The notes below the pieces were generated by a model, which saw nothing but the letters and a program-made list of their open reading frames with translations, had not been told where the DNA came from and did no database searches. The position numbers and the translations under genes are program-made. DNA of 64,000 nt from Candidatus Poribacteria bacterium (lineage in GTDB: Bacteria; Poribacteria; WGA-4E; PCPOR2b), in assembly GCA_965198175.1 (NCBI GenBank), contig OZ240245.1, positions 4,640,001-4,704,000 on the forward strand. The letters are read 5' to 3'. Below, piece by piece: positions 47,806-58,158 of this stretch; position 1 is the stretch's first letter, and every line of letters starts with the position of its first letter.

Positions 47806-48540
47806 TTACTCACTAAACTCTCGATCGGTCGAGATCATTCCTTTGGATGCGAAATTTCGGACGAGGGTAACGATAGACTGTCGGGCGGTGTCGGCGATTT
47901 GCATCTGTTCAAAAGTCAACCGATTTGTTTCGTCTTCCACGTTAGCGGTTAATTCATCGGACATGCCGTCGAGGAACTTTTGATGCACCTCTTCAGGCGC
48001 ATTGTGAAGTGCGAGCGCAATGGTGCTGGGATCGAGAACCTGCAAAATTGTCTGTATTGCTGAATCATTTAGCGTTGCAAGATCGGCAAATGTGAAGAGC
48101 CGTTCATGGATGTCGTTGACCAAGTTTGGTTGCTTAGCAGCCAACGAATCCAGTAGGCGGTTTTGATCTTCTGTTTTCATTCGCCCCAACAGTTTAACGA
48201 GATTAGATTTTCCATCTCCGAGAACAGTCGTCTGATTCGTCACATTTGCGATGTTATCGATCAAGCGGGCGTGGATTTCCCTCACGCGCTCTGATTCAAC
48301 AATTTCCATCGTTGTAATCTGTTCAGCGACTGCAATCTGCTTGTCAGCCGGAAGATGGACAAGAATCTGGGAGGCGTGGTTGGCGAGAGTTGGAGAAGAC
48401 TGCTGAAGCGTCACCAAGAAAATGGCGACATCTGGCTCAGATTCATCAGCAACGGCACGTAGGACAACCCGTAAATCTGTCTTTTCGAGGAGATTGGTTA
48501 ATTCGTGGACGATCGTTTGTTCTATGGGCGTTTCAGACAA
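47806..48540 (-). CDS. FliG middle/C-terminal domain protein
   Basis: LFTFADLATLNDSAIQTIL, IALAL, FLDGMS, ARQSIVTLVR...GMI; overlaps the purM stop. Confidence 0.75.
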   Translation of the reverse strand: MSETPIEQTIVHELTNLLEKTDLRVVLRAVADESEPDVAIFLVTLQQSSPTLANHASQILVHLPADKQIAVAEQITTMEIVESERVREIHARLIDNIANVTNQTTVLGDGKSNLVKLLGRMKTEDQNRLLDSLAAKQPNLVNDIHERLFTFADLATLNDSAIQTILQVLDPSTIALALHNAPEEVHQKFLDGMSDELTANVEDETNRLTFEQMQIADTARQSIVTLVRNFASKGMISTDREFSE

Positions 48541-49564
48541 TTTCTACTCCCCTTTCTCCGTGGAGAATTTTGCCGATGAGGAACGGCGATTCACTCATAT
48601 CTCTGAGCGCGGCGATTGCAGTATCGACTTGATTGGGTGGGATGACCAACACTAATCCGATGCCCATATTGAAAACGTTGTACATCTCCGCTTCCTCAAC
48701 GTCTCCGCTTCCTTGGAGAAAGGGGAAGATTGGTGGTATCTCCCATGATTCCTTTCGGATTTCCGCACCGCAATTCTGTGGGAGAATCCGAGCGATGTTA
48801 TCCGATAGTCCACCGCCGGTAATGTGCGCAATTCCCTTGACATCACACTTCTTCCGCAGATTCAGAACCGGTTGCACATAGCTTTTATGGTGCTTGAGCA
48901 GTTCTTCACCGAGTGTCACACCGAGTTCCGAGATAAATTGATCCACGGTATAGTCACAAACATTGAACAGGATTCGCCGAACAAGCGAAAACCCATTCGT
49001 GTGCAATCCGAGTGAGCCCAGTCCAATTAAGCTATCGTCCGGCTGAATGTCGCTTCCCGTAATCAATTGGGAATGCTCGACAACTCCCACTATTGTGCCA
49101 GCGAGGTCGTATTCTCCGTCCGCGTAGAATTCTGGCAACTCTGCCGTTTCCCCACCGATTAACGCGCATCCGGTTTCTCGACATCCGTTTGCGACACCCT
49201 TTACAATCTGCTCGACGACATCAGGGCGGAGTACGCTAGTGCCGATATAGTCCAGAAAAAAGAGCGGTTCAGCGCCTTGGACGAGGATGTCGTTAGCACA
49301 GTGTGCCACAATATCGTACCCCACTGTATCGTGCGCATCCATCATGAAAGCGATTTTGAGCTTAGTGCCAACACTATCTGTGCTTGATACAAGCACGGGC
49401 TTGTTATATTCGGCGAGGGCGAATAGCCCTCCGAAACTTCCAATCTCGCTCAAGACTTCTGGGCGGTATGTTGAACGGCTGAGCGATTTTAGGCGTTTGA
49501 ACGCTTCTGCTTTTGCTTCAAAGGAGACTCCCGCGTCGGCATACGTCAATCTCTGTTTAGTCAT
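48533..49564 (-). CDS. purM: phosphoribosylformylglycinamidine cyclo-ligase
   Basis: YADAGV, FGGLF, DSVGTK, GAEPLFFLDY, GGETAE, HITGGG, FNMGIG. Confidence 0.97.
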   Translation of the reverse strand: MTKQRLTYADAGVSFEAKAEAFKRLKSLSRSTYRPEVLSEIGSFGGLFALAEYNKPVLVSSTDSVGTKLKIAFMMDAHDTVGYDIVAHCANDILVQGAEPLFFLDYIGTSVLRPDVVEQIVKGVANGCRETGCALIGGETAELPEFYADGEYDLAGTIVGVVEHSQLITGSDIQPDDSLIGLGSLGLHTNGFSLVRRILFNVCDYTVDQFISELGVTLGEELLKHHKSYVQPVLNLRKKCDVKGIAHITGGGLSDNIARILPQNCGAEIRKESWEIPPIFPFLQGSGDVEEAEMYNVFNMGIGLVLVIPPNQVDTAIAALRDMSESPFLIGKILHGERGVEIV

Positions 49565-50138
49565 CTGAATTATTCGATTTCTTTCGATTTTTCAAGTGCC
49601 GATTGAAGGCTGCGAGACGTCGTCCTTCAATTGCCGACATGATTGACTGCATTTTTAGCAGGGAAACAATCAAAAGCACTGCGCATACTGCAAAAGAGAT
49701 TGCGCTCGCCAAGTTTGCGACATCTCCAGTGGGGGTAGTGGCGTAGATGTCCAACTTCTCAGCTTTCCTGACAATGTACGTCTTTTTATTGTGAGCGTCG
49801 GTGATAGCCCAGGTATTATCTTTCTTCTTAGCCGAAGTGGAACTTTGGGAAAGAAAAATCCCTTTTCTCCGGAACTCCGATCGCAATTCTTCAATTCCCG
49901 TGCCTTTGTCCAAATCACTTTGCAATGCTAGCTTAACGCTAAACAGTGGCGCGGGCGGATTGAAATGTTGAATCAGGAAGATTATAGGTTTGTGCGAGGC
50001 TATACCAATGATTGTGCAGATTACAACGGCATAGAGTGTGTACATTCCCTGAGAGGTGGACACATTCTTTACGAACATGCCCTGGAACGGGAGGGACAAA
50101 TTAGCTTGGTTTTTTCTTGATCTATTCCAGTCTTGCAT
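49557..50138 (-). CDS. hypothetical membrane protein
   Basis: Two hydrophobic segments flanking a ~70-aa soluble module; lies between purF and purM. Confidence 0.6.
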   Translation of the reverse strand: MQDWNRSRKNQANLSLPFQGMFVKNVSTSQGMYTLYAVVICTIIGIASHKPIIFLIQHFNPPAPLFSVKLALQSDLDKGTGIEELRSEFRRKGIFLSQSSTSAKKKDNTWAITDAHNKKTYIVRKAEKLDIYATTPTGDVANLASAISFAVCAVLLIVSLLKMQSIMSAIEGRRLAAFNRHLKNRKKSNNSDD

Positions 50139-50200
50139 TGAGCTTTTCCATGTGGGGACTCGGCATTAGGTACTGCTAGGGATTCCTTAAGGCTCAATGC

Positions 50201-51697
50201 CTAATTTGTACTTACAATTTTTTTTGCGTTTCGTTCGCTCGAGAGACTGAGTTGATTTGAGGCTGCAACACTGGAAAAATTAATGGGCAACTGTTTGGTC
50301 GGCTGTTCGCTGAATTCGACAGGATAGCACCCATCAAAACAAGCAGTGCAAAAATCTTGAGGTGACTTAACACACTTGAGCATCCCTTCGATGCTGAGAT
50401 AGCCTAGGCTGTCTGCGCGGATATATTTGCGAACATCTTCGATGGTGTGTGAACTTGCAATCAGTTCCCCACGGGTTGGTGTATCAACGCCGTAGAAGCA
50501 AGGAAATTTGTTGGGCGGGGACGAGATACGAACGTGAACTTCGGCTGCCCCGCCTTGGCGGATCAGTTTCACAAATTTGCGACTCTCAGTACCCCGCATG
50601 ATTGAATCATCAACCACCACAACACGTTTTCCTTCAAGTACATCTCGAATCGGGTTCAGTTTCACTTTGACCATGAGCTCACGGATATCTGGAGAGGGAT
50701 TCATAAACGCTCGTCCGACATAAGAGTTTCGATGCAGCCCTACATCAAACGGGATTCCCGATTCCTCCGAGTATCCGAGCGCGGCAAGCGTCGCTGAGTC
50801 CGGTACGCCGATTACAATGTCTGCTTCCGCGGGACATTCACGCGCTAGTTGTCTTCCCAACTCACGCCGTGGACGGTTAACAAGCTCACCGAACACGACG
50901 CTGTCTGGGCGCGAGAGGTAAATGTATTCAAAGATACATTGTGAGAGATGAGCTAAATCCTGTCCAAAGTTGAACGATTGGGGTTCACGATTAGTTGCGG
51001 TAATCACAAGCATCTCGCCGGGGGTAAGCTCACGAATTGGTTCGGCTTCAATGACATCAAAGGCGCACGTTTCAGAAGCGAGGATGTAAGCATCGCCAGC
51101 ACGTCCCAACCACAGTGGGCGAAAGCCGTATGAATCGCGAACGCCGATTAGGATGGATTTCCCCATGAAGACGAGCGAATAAGCTCCATCAATCGGTCTC
51201 AGCGCATCCAGAATGCGGTCTTGCAACGTGCTTTGTTCAGAGCGGGCAATGAGGTGAGCAATGACTTCTGTATCGGAAGTTGAACTGAAGATTGCACCGC
51301 GATTTTCTAAATCTTTGCGAATCCGCTGTGCGTTTACGAGGTTGCCATTGTGTGCAATTGCAAGCGGTCCATGCTTATATTCGCAAGTGAGGGGCTGGGC
51401 GTTTCCAAGATGGCTCGCCCCTGCCGTTGAGTACCGGTTGTGCCCGATAGCGATGTGTCCGGACAGCTTCGCCAATATCTCCGCATCAAAGACGTTCTCA
51501 ACGAGCCCCATGTTACGGTAAGAAGAGAACGTGTAATCGTCTGAAGTGACAATTCCGGAGCTTTCCTGGCCGCGATGCTGGAGGGCGCGTAATCCGAGGT
51601 AAGTCAAATCGGCTGCTTTGGGATGGCCAAAAATCCCAAAAATGCCACACTCATCACTTGCCTCATCTTCATCATCAAAGGCGTCAAAATGTTGCAT
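50201..51697 (-). CDS. purF: amidophosphoribosyltransferase
   Basis: ECGIFG, LQHRGQES, HNRYST, HNGN, CIFEYIY, VVVDDSIMRG, FYGVD. Confidence 0.97.
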   Translation of the reverse strand: MQHFDAFDDEDEASDECGIFGIFGHPKAADLTYLGLRALQHRGQESSGIVTSDDYTFSSYRNMGLVENVFDAEILAKLSGHIAIGHNRYSTAGASHLGNAQPLTCEYKHGPLAIAHNGNLVNAQRIRKDLENRGAIFSSTSDTEVIAHLIARSEQSTLQDRILDALRPIDGAYSLVFMGKSILIGVRDSYGFRPLWLGRAGDAYILASETCAFDVIEAEPIRELTPGEMLVITATNREPQSFNFGQDLAHLSQCIFEYIYLSRPDSVVFGELVNRPRRELGRQLARECPAEADIVIGVPDSATLAALGYSEESGIPFDVGLHRNSYVGRAFMNPSPDIRELMVKVKLNPIRDVLEGKRVVVVDDSIMRGTESRKFVKLIRQGGAAEVHVRISSPPNKFPCFYGVDTPTRGELIASSHTIEDVRKYIRADSLGYLSIEGMLKCVKSPQDFCTACFDGCYPVEFSEQPTKQLPINFSSVAASNQLSLSSERNAKKIVSTN

Positions 51698-51793
51698 ACT
51701 TTGGCAATCTCCAGTCCCATGAGGGAACTCAATTGTTGAATTGTAACCAAGCGTATTGGTTTATTTCGACTCTGTCGTCAACATTTACATTGT

Positions 51794-52318
51794 TTATGTG
51801 CGTTTCCAATCAAGACGGTAGCCAAGAATTGCCCCAATTGGCGGGGCTAGGATGTACAACAGTTCCGTCGGACATTTCACCCATTCGAGCAATATGTAAA
51901 TCGGCAGGGATATGATAAACACAATTAACCTTGCCACGGCGAAAAGGAGGGAGAAAAGTAAGTTCGGAGCGATTAACAATTCCCAATGGATGTCAAGCAA
52001 CAACAACAGCGCGACGATTGCGGGAGCCCCAAGAAACGCCCCTTGATAGGCGCTTTTGCGATCTATGCGAACATCAAACCAGCGTCCGGCTATTCGAACG
52101 CCTTCAGTTACTCCAGCGATAGCGCCCCCATAGGTAAACCCAAAGGAGATTAGTAGAAGTAAACCAGCCCAGAAACCGTGCTGCACTCCATCCCTGATTA
52201 GACCTTCCCAGATCAGTGACTCTACAATGAAGCGGCAGACCCAACCGCTGGCTAAACCGATGCCGCTGCCTAACGCGATCTGGCTCATGGTGAGAACGAT
52301 AGCGTTTTTTTGAGACAT
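51794..52318 (-). CDS. hypothetical integral membrane protein
   Basis: GAGGTG SD before ATG 52318; about 5 TM segments. Confidence 0.65.
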   Translation of the reverse strand: MSQKNAIVLTMSQIALGSGIGLASGWVCRFIVESLIWEGLIRDGVQHGFWAGLLLLISFGFTYGGAIAGVTEGVRIAGRWFDVRIDRKSAYQGAFLGAPAIVALLLLLDIHWELLIAPNLLFSLLFAVARLIVFIISLPIYILLEWVKCPTELLYILAPPIGAILGYRLDWKRT

Positions 52319-52388
52319 ATCACCTCGCATAACTTGTATAATGACTTCATCGGCTAACCGTCGAAAGGTGTTTCATATTGACAGGAAG

Positions 52389-52417
52389 ATTATATCACGG
52401 GGTTGAATTCCTGTCAA
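52389..52417 (-). promoter_or_regulatory. consensus sigma70 promoter
   Basis: TTGACA-17nt-TATAAT exact on the minus strand. Confidence 0.75.
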
Positions 52418-52496
52418 CCTCCCTCCGTCTAATTCTGATACGATGATTGAATTTTCATAAATTTCTTTTTGACTTGTGGGTCCGTGTCATTTGCCT

Positions 52497-53303
52497 CTAG
52501 GGTTTTTTCATCTGTTTGGCGATTTGGATTTCATCTTCAAACTTCGGCAGATCTGCAGCATGTTCTAGAAAGAGATTCAAATACCGTTCCATTGTCAGGT
52601 CGTCTCCTTTCTTCTGATACACCCGCGCGAGTTGGTAATAAATCTCTGGATCGCCTGGACCGAGCGATAACGCTTGCTCATACTCACGAATTGCCGAATC
52701 CAATTGCCCGGTTTCGTGGTAAACTTCAGCGAGATTGTAGTGAGCATCCGAGTCACTAGCATCCAACTCGACAGCGCCTTGATAATATCTCATCGCTTCC
52801 TCAAACTGTGCTCTGGCGTGGTAAGCCCACGCCAGATTAAAATAGGCATCCTGAAATTCTGGATCTAACTCGATCGCCATCTGATACGCCTCAATCGCCT
52901 GTTCAAACCAATCATCGGTATCATAAGCATAACCGAGGTTGTTGTAAAATGCCGGGTTACCAGCTTCCAATTCTATAGCTTTCTGGAATGCTTCGATAGC
53001 CGCCTCTGTCAAAGGCAAATCCACGTAGACCAGTCCCAGTTTGTTTTGGGCGTGAGCGTTCTCCTCGTCAAACCGCAGTGCAGTTTGGAATTCTTCAATT
53101 GCTTTCTCGTGTTCTCCCATCTTGTGATAGACCTCGCCGAGCTGAAGATGTCCGCGCACATCCTCCGGGGTAAGTGTCAGCCCTAACCGGAGCTGAGTCG
53201 CCTCACGTTTCAGTTTCTCCTTCTGTTGCGCTTGTTCATCTGAAGTGGGCTGGCAACCGACGAAAATGATACAAAAGGCAAGGAAGACTTGAAATGATGT
53301 CAT
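52497..53303 (-). CDS. TPR-repeat lipoprotein
   Basis: FVGC lipobox; about 6 TPRs (AHxxLG...AIEAYQxAIELDP). Confidence 0.88.
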   Translation of the reverse strand: MTSFQVFLAFCIIFVGCQPTSDEQAQQKEKLKREATQLRLGLTLTPEDVRGHLQLGEVYHKMGEHEKAIEEFQTALRFDEENAHAQNKLGLVYVDLPLTEAAIEAFQKAIELEAGNPAFYNNLGYAYDTDDWFEQAIEAYQMAIELDPEFQDAYFNLAWAYHARAQFEEAMRYYQGAVELDASDSDAHYNLAEVYHETGQLDSAIREYEQALSLGPGDPEIYYQLARVYQKKGDDLTMERYLNLFLEHAADLPKFEDEIQIAKQMKKP

Positions 53304-53761
53304 TATAAAGTACCCGTGCAATTGGCTGTGTGGAGTTGCTAGCTATTGATGATAGCGCACGAATCCGATCGTCTGCGCAGATTGGCAATCAAATCCAAAT
53401 CCGTAAAATCTTATTTCATCTGCGTTCTATGATTGTATGTGATATTGCGCGAGGATTCAATGAAAAAACGTAGTGGTTCGCTTGCCACTATGGGAATGAT
53501 GCGATGTACCTTTGCAAATAAATCCTATAATTTGAGGTACTGCTGAAGGCGATGTATTGTTACAAGTATCAAAAAGACGCCGGGCTATTGACACTTAGGC
53601 GTGTCCTCGCCGATTTTGAACTTGTTACGCATTGAAAAAGGGTTGACCCGACGATGCGACACGTGGTAGACTTGAACCGATTGCCACTCAAAATGGAGTA
53701 ATCTTTAGTGGCAGCAATCATCCGCACCGCACCCTTTGATTGTGAAATTGTATTCTGGTCA

Positions 53762-54910
53762 ATGACAACATGGGCTGAAGTCGATCTCGCAGCAATCAGA
53801 TCGAATGCGCAGGCAATCAGAGAATATATCCAGCGTACCGGCACAACATCTTCCGCTGTACACCTAATTGCCGTTATCAAGGCAGATGCTTATGGACACG
53901 GCGCAATTTCCGTTGCTCAGACGTTACGAGACGAGACGGCGATGTTCGCTGTTGCAACGGTTCAGGAGGCGATTGAGTTGCGTGATGCTGGCATTGAGAA
54001 ACCAATTCTCATTCTTTTCAACGCGGTTTCCGATGAAGCTGAGACAATTGCGCGCTATCAACTTACGCCCTCTGTGTGTGAATCTACGCTTTGTGAAGGG
54101 TTATCCCATGTTGCACGAACATTGGATCAGCGTATCAGGGTGCATGTCGATGTTGATACAGGCATGAACCGTGGCGGGGTACGATATACCGAAGTTGCGC
54201 GTTTTATCCAATGGTTAACATCACTATATGGTATTGCGGTTGAAGGAATCTTCACACACTTTGCGACAGCCGACGAAACGGACAAAAGCTACACACATCT
54301 TCAATTGGGTCGCTTTAAGTCCGTGCTTTCCGAACTCTCTCATCTCAATCTTCGCCCGCCAATCGTACATACTGCCAACAGTGCGGCTACACTCACGCTT
54401 CCTGATTCTCATTTTGATGCTGTGCGCGTCGGCTTGAGTTTATACGGAATCCACCCATCACCTGACCACAGCGTTTTAGGTACGTCGCATGAGATTCGTC
54501 TGAGACCCTCTCTGAGTTGGAAGGCGCGCGTCATCTGCGTACATGAGGCGGGCGCCGGCGAAAGTGTAGGCTATGGACGTACTTACACAACCAATCGGAC
54601 AGTGCGGCTAGCGACTTTGCAAGTAGGGTATGCAGATGGCTATCCACGGTCATTGTCCAATCTTGGAGAAGTCCTAATTGGTGGCAAGCGCAGGCGGAGT
54701 GCGGGGGGCATTTGCATGGATGAAACGGTTTTTGAAATCGATCCGCCCGCTGATGTGTCTATCGGGGCTGAAGCGGTTTTGATTGGAACACAAGGGGCTG
54801 AAGAGATAACTGTCGATCAAGTTGCCGTGCAGGCTGGGACGATTTCATATGAGATTTTAACGGGAATTGGCAAACGGGTCCGACGCATTCATGTGAAAGA
54901 CCCTAAATAA
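53762..54910 (+). CDS. alr: alanine racemase
   Basis: WAEVDL, AVIKADAYGHGA, DTGMNRGG, THFATAD, GYADGY, ISYEIL. Confidence 0.96.
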   Translation: MTTWAEVDLAAIRSNAQAIREYIQRTGTTSSAVHLIAVIKADAYGHGAISVAQTLRDETAMFAVATVQEAIELRDAGIEKPILILFNAVSDEAETIARYQLTPSVCESTLCEGLSHVARTLDQRIRVHVDVDTGMNRGGVRYTEVARFIQWLTSLYGIAVEGIFTHFATADETDKSYTHLQLGRFKSVLSELSHLNLRPPIVHTANSAATLTLPDSHFDAVRVGLSLYGIHPSPDHSVLGTSHEIRLRPSLSWKARVICVHEAGAGESVGYGRTYTTNRTVRLATLQVGYADGYPRSLSNLGEVLIGGKRRRSAGGICMDETVFEIDPPADVSIGAEAVLIGTQGAEEITVDQVAVQAGTISYEILTGIGKRVRRIHVKDPK

Positions 54911-55190
54911 AAAAATAAAGCCCTCGCACAATCAGTGAGATTGAACACAAGCAAGGTAAAGGTTATCAAGGATTTAGTGATAACACAGAAAGTGAACCTT
55001 CCCCACATCGGAGAAGACTTTTGGGTTGACATCATCATCCACGAAGTGATATATTTTCAAGGATGGTCAGCATTCATCGAAAACAGAAAGTCCATGGAAG
55101 CATTCTGAGGGCTCGGCTTAATTCGCGTGAAGCACGATGACCAAATCCGTTGTGATGTCACGGCATGTTCAGCCATTAGGCTAAATGGAA

Positions 55191-55248
55191 CTTTGCCATA
55201 AATCGTAAGACTGTGTTCATGCTGTTCTGAACACGGTAAGCATCATAT
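55191..55248 (+). repeat. 58-bp direct repeat copy 1 with GTGTTCA-N8-TGAACAC palindrome
   Basis: 49/58 identical to 56142-56199. Confidence 0.75.
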
Positions 55249-55436
55249 TGGAAATAGTTTATAGTGGTAAATCCAGCGTCCGTCATAATGCGGATGTGCT
55301 CATCGCGATGGTCTCACCGGCAGGGGCATCCAAGCGGTTAGTGTATCATTCAAATGGAAAAGTTCACTTGCTAGCTTCCTGCGCTGTAGGTCCACTTGTG
55401 GGAAGGCTAGCTATCCAACATCAAGGAGAGAAAATC

Positions 55437-56078
55437 ATGAAAATTGGATTTGTTCATTTTACCGTGCTTCTTATGTTGTGTTTCTTGCTGGTCAGTTGTG
55501 GTCCCGCACCTCGGAAAGATGCCAGGTATATCCCGAGCGCATCGGCTTCAGGGTCGAGGACACCCGTATCGAGAACTTCCCCGGCGTCCGCAAGCACGTC
55601 GCTGCCTCGGACAGCAGAAGTAGATCTTGTACGGCTGCCGTTGCTAAAAACTATCTTCAGGAATCAACCCGCCTCTTCCCGCATTGATGATCTCTTCGCA
55701 AGGGCAAAAGGACAAGTTGATAATCTCAGTTTGGTATCCAATTGTGATTTGGATATTTTGAAGGGATTTGTTGCGGCAGGCTGGACACCGGTGGTGTTGT
55801 TACGAAGCGGACGACAGCCGTGGGTACTTGTTGGATACGACGATGCTGTCGAACAAGTCCAACTAACAAATATAGCGAATGCTCCCTCACGCACAACGGA
55901 TCCAAAGCGTCTCACGTTAAGGCGGGAAGGCTATTCTGACTTTGGCAGGGAGTGGGCTTCTGGTAAATGTATGCTTGTTGCACCGGGGTTGGCGTTTACA
56001 GAGATAAAAGTACGTTCCGTCTTGGCGAAGTACCTCACCGCGACTCAAGCCTCTCAAGTCAAGGTTAGAAGTCGATAA
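55437..56078 (+). CDS. hypothetical lipoprotein
   Basis: AAGGAG SD, MKIG...LVSC lipobox, Ser/Pro-rich linker; GWTPVVLL...WVLVGYDD weakly recalls a C39-like fold. Confidence 0.7.
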   Translation: MKIGFVHFTVLLMLCFLLVSCGPAPRKDARYIPSASASGSRTPVSRTSPASASTSLPRTAEVDLVRLPLLKTIFRNQPASSRIDDLFARAKGQVDNLSLVSNCDLDILKGFVAAGWTPVVLLRSGRQPWVLVGYDDAVEQVQLTNIANAPSRTTDPKRLTLRREGYSDFGREWASGKCMLVAPGLAFTEIKVRSVLAKYLTATQASQVKVRSR

Positions 56079-56141
56079 TCAGGGGTTTGCCACCTCTGTT
56101 TTCTCTTAGAAGTCGTGCGAAATACGCTAAGCTCATTGAGG

Positions 56142-56199
56142 CTTTGTCATAAATCGTAAAACTGTGTTCAGGTTGCTCTGAACACGGTTAACACCGTAT
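56142..56199 (+). repeat. 58-bp direct repeat copy 2
   Basis: CTTTGTCATAAATCGTAAAACTGTGTTCAGGTTGCTCTGAACACGG. Confidence 0.75.
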
Positions 56200-56635
56200 C
56201 ATAACTTTAAAATCTACCATCGGAATGTAGAGGTGCGTTATGATACTTTAATCAATTTAGTGCTTGTCAGCCTAATAACGTTAGTTGACCCATGCCCACG
56301 CCACACGAGGTTACAGATGGTGGATGCAGCGTTAGAAACGGATATATAAACCGCTGAAACAAATGCGCGCAAGAACACAGCTTGGGTTTCGCTAGTCAGC
56401 CATTTTTCAACTGACACGCACTCTCGGCGTTCACTAAATTTTACAGCAGTTCAGTTTATTTCACCACTCGCCAACCACCAGCAGTTTGCTCCCTCCTTTG
56501 TTTGCATCAAGTCGTATCCATCAGCCTTTACACGTAAGCACGGGAAACAGTGTCAACAGCACGCAGACCCTAACAACATTCATTTAACTATGTTCTATGT
56601 TGATTGAAAATTGCCAGTCCGAAAGAGGAACCTAA

Positions 56636-57394
56636 ATGACAAGAGTGGATAGGCGTAGTCCCGATCAGATGCGTCCTGTGACCATGACTCGGAATTATAT
56701 TAAACATCCGGAGGGATCGGTCCTAATCTCGGTTGGAGATACAAAAGTGATTTGTACGGCGTCGGTAGATGAGCGACAACCCCGCTTTATGCGTGAACAG
56801 CAGATTCAGGGGAAAGGATGGGTCACGGCGGAATACGCGATGCTGCCGCGCTCGACCACCGACCGTATGCAGCGCGAGGCCACCCGTGGATCGCTTGGCG
56901 GTCGAACTCACGAGATTCAACGGCTGATTGGACGCTCCTTACGGGCCGTTGTAGATCTTTATGCGCTTGGCGAGCGCACAATCTGGGTTGATTGCGATGT
57001 GATTCAAGCCGATGGCGGAACGCGCACTGCATCAATTACAGGTGCTTTTATCGCGCTGTGGGATGCTTGCCAAAAACTCGTGAATCGGAAGATGATAAAA
57101 TCGCTTCCAATCCGTGAAAATGTGGCGGCAATCAGCGTTGGCATTATTGATGGCACACCGATGCTAGATCTTCGCTATACAGAGGACTCTGTAGCTGCAG
57201 TTGATATGAATATTGTGATGACGGGAAAAGGGAAATTTGTCGAAATCCAGGGGACAGCGGAGGAAACCCCTTTTTCCAGGATGGAATCGAATCAGATGCT
57301 AGATCTAGCTATGAGCGGTATTCAAAAACTTATCCGGTTACAAAATCAGCTGATGGTAGAGAAGTTAAATGAAGTTAGTCTTGGCAACCCGTAA
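56636..57394 (+). CDS. rph: ribonuclease PH
   Basis: [54 protein letters not shown]. Confidence 0.97.
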   Translation: MTRVDRRSPDQMRPVTMTRNYIKHPEGSVLISVGDTKVICTASVDERQPRFMREQQIQGKGWVTAEYAMLPRSTTDRMQREATRGSLGGRTHEIQRLIGRSLRAVVDLYALGERTIWVDCDVIQADGGTRTASITGAFIALWDACQKLVNRKMIKSLPIRENVAAISVGIIDGTPMLDLRYTEDSVAAVDMNIVMTGKGKFVEIQGTAEETPFSRMESNQMLDLAMSGIQKLIRLQNQLMVEKLNEVSLGNP

Positions 57395-58082
57395 TCGCGG
57401 AAAAGTAAGAGAACTTCAGGAGATGTTAAACGACACGAAATCTCGCCGTGATGTGGTAGAGGCAATGTCGAACTACGAACCAGATGTAAATCGAACGAGA
57501 CGGGGACCTCAGTCGGAGCGGGGTGACCACGCGGGGCTGAACAATCAGGCAGAGATTGATATTTTGTCGCTTGACGATTTTCCCGACGCACCCGATGTAG
57601 TCGAGGATGGGAAGACCTATCAGGAAAATGCCCTTAAGAAGGCAGCTGTGCTTGCTAAATATACGGGGTATTTAGCCCTTGCCGATGATTCGGGGCTGGA
57701 AGTTGACGCGCTCCACGGCGCCCCCGGTGTCTATTCTGCACGTTATGCCGGTGAGCACGCTTCCGATGCAGCAAGAGTTGATAAGTTACTTGACGCTCTT
57801 AAAGATGTGTCGGACAATCAACGAACGGCGCGTTTCAAATGCGCCATCGCGCTCGCTGATCCGCATGGCCCAACACAAGTTGTCGTAGGGGTTTGCGAAG
57901 GAGGACTTATTCGTCTTCCGCGCGGACAGCACGGATTTGGATATGACCCCATTTTTGCACCAGTCGGTTGTGACAAAACCTTCGCTGAGTTGGGAGAGGA
58001 TATCAAGAATCGGATTAGCCACCGGGCAAAGGCACTCGAAAAGATGAAAAAATACCTCCAAATGTGTGTTCGTAAACCGTGA
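57369..58082 (+). CDS. rdgB: non-canonical purine NTP pyrophosphatase (RdgB/HAM1)
   Basis: [48 protein letters not shown]; follows rph. Confidence 0.93.
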   Translation: MKLVLATRNRGKVRELQEMLNDTKSRRDVVEAMSNYEPDVNRTRRGPQSERGDHAGLNNQAEIDILSLDDFPDAPDVVEDGKTYQENALKKAAVLAKYTGYLALADDSGLEVDALHGAPGVYSARYAGEHASDAARVDKLLDALKDVSDNQRTARFKCAIALADPHGPTQVVVGVCEGGLIRLPRGQHGFGYDPIFAPVGCDKTFAELGEDIKNRISHRAKALEKMKKYLQMCVRKP

Positions 58083-58158
58083 AACAGAGAAGGCACTCTT
58101 CCTCTCCTTACATTCCCTTGCGTTCGTGGATATTTGATAGTTCCTAAAGAGGAAACTT

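Noticed and set aside
56228..56400. Lysine riboswitch (AGAGGTGCG)
   Set aside because: Only the opening motif matches; no supporting stems, and the downstream gene is rph
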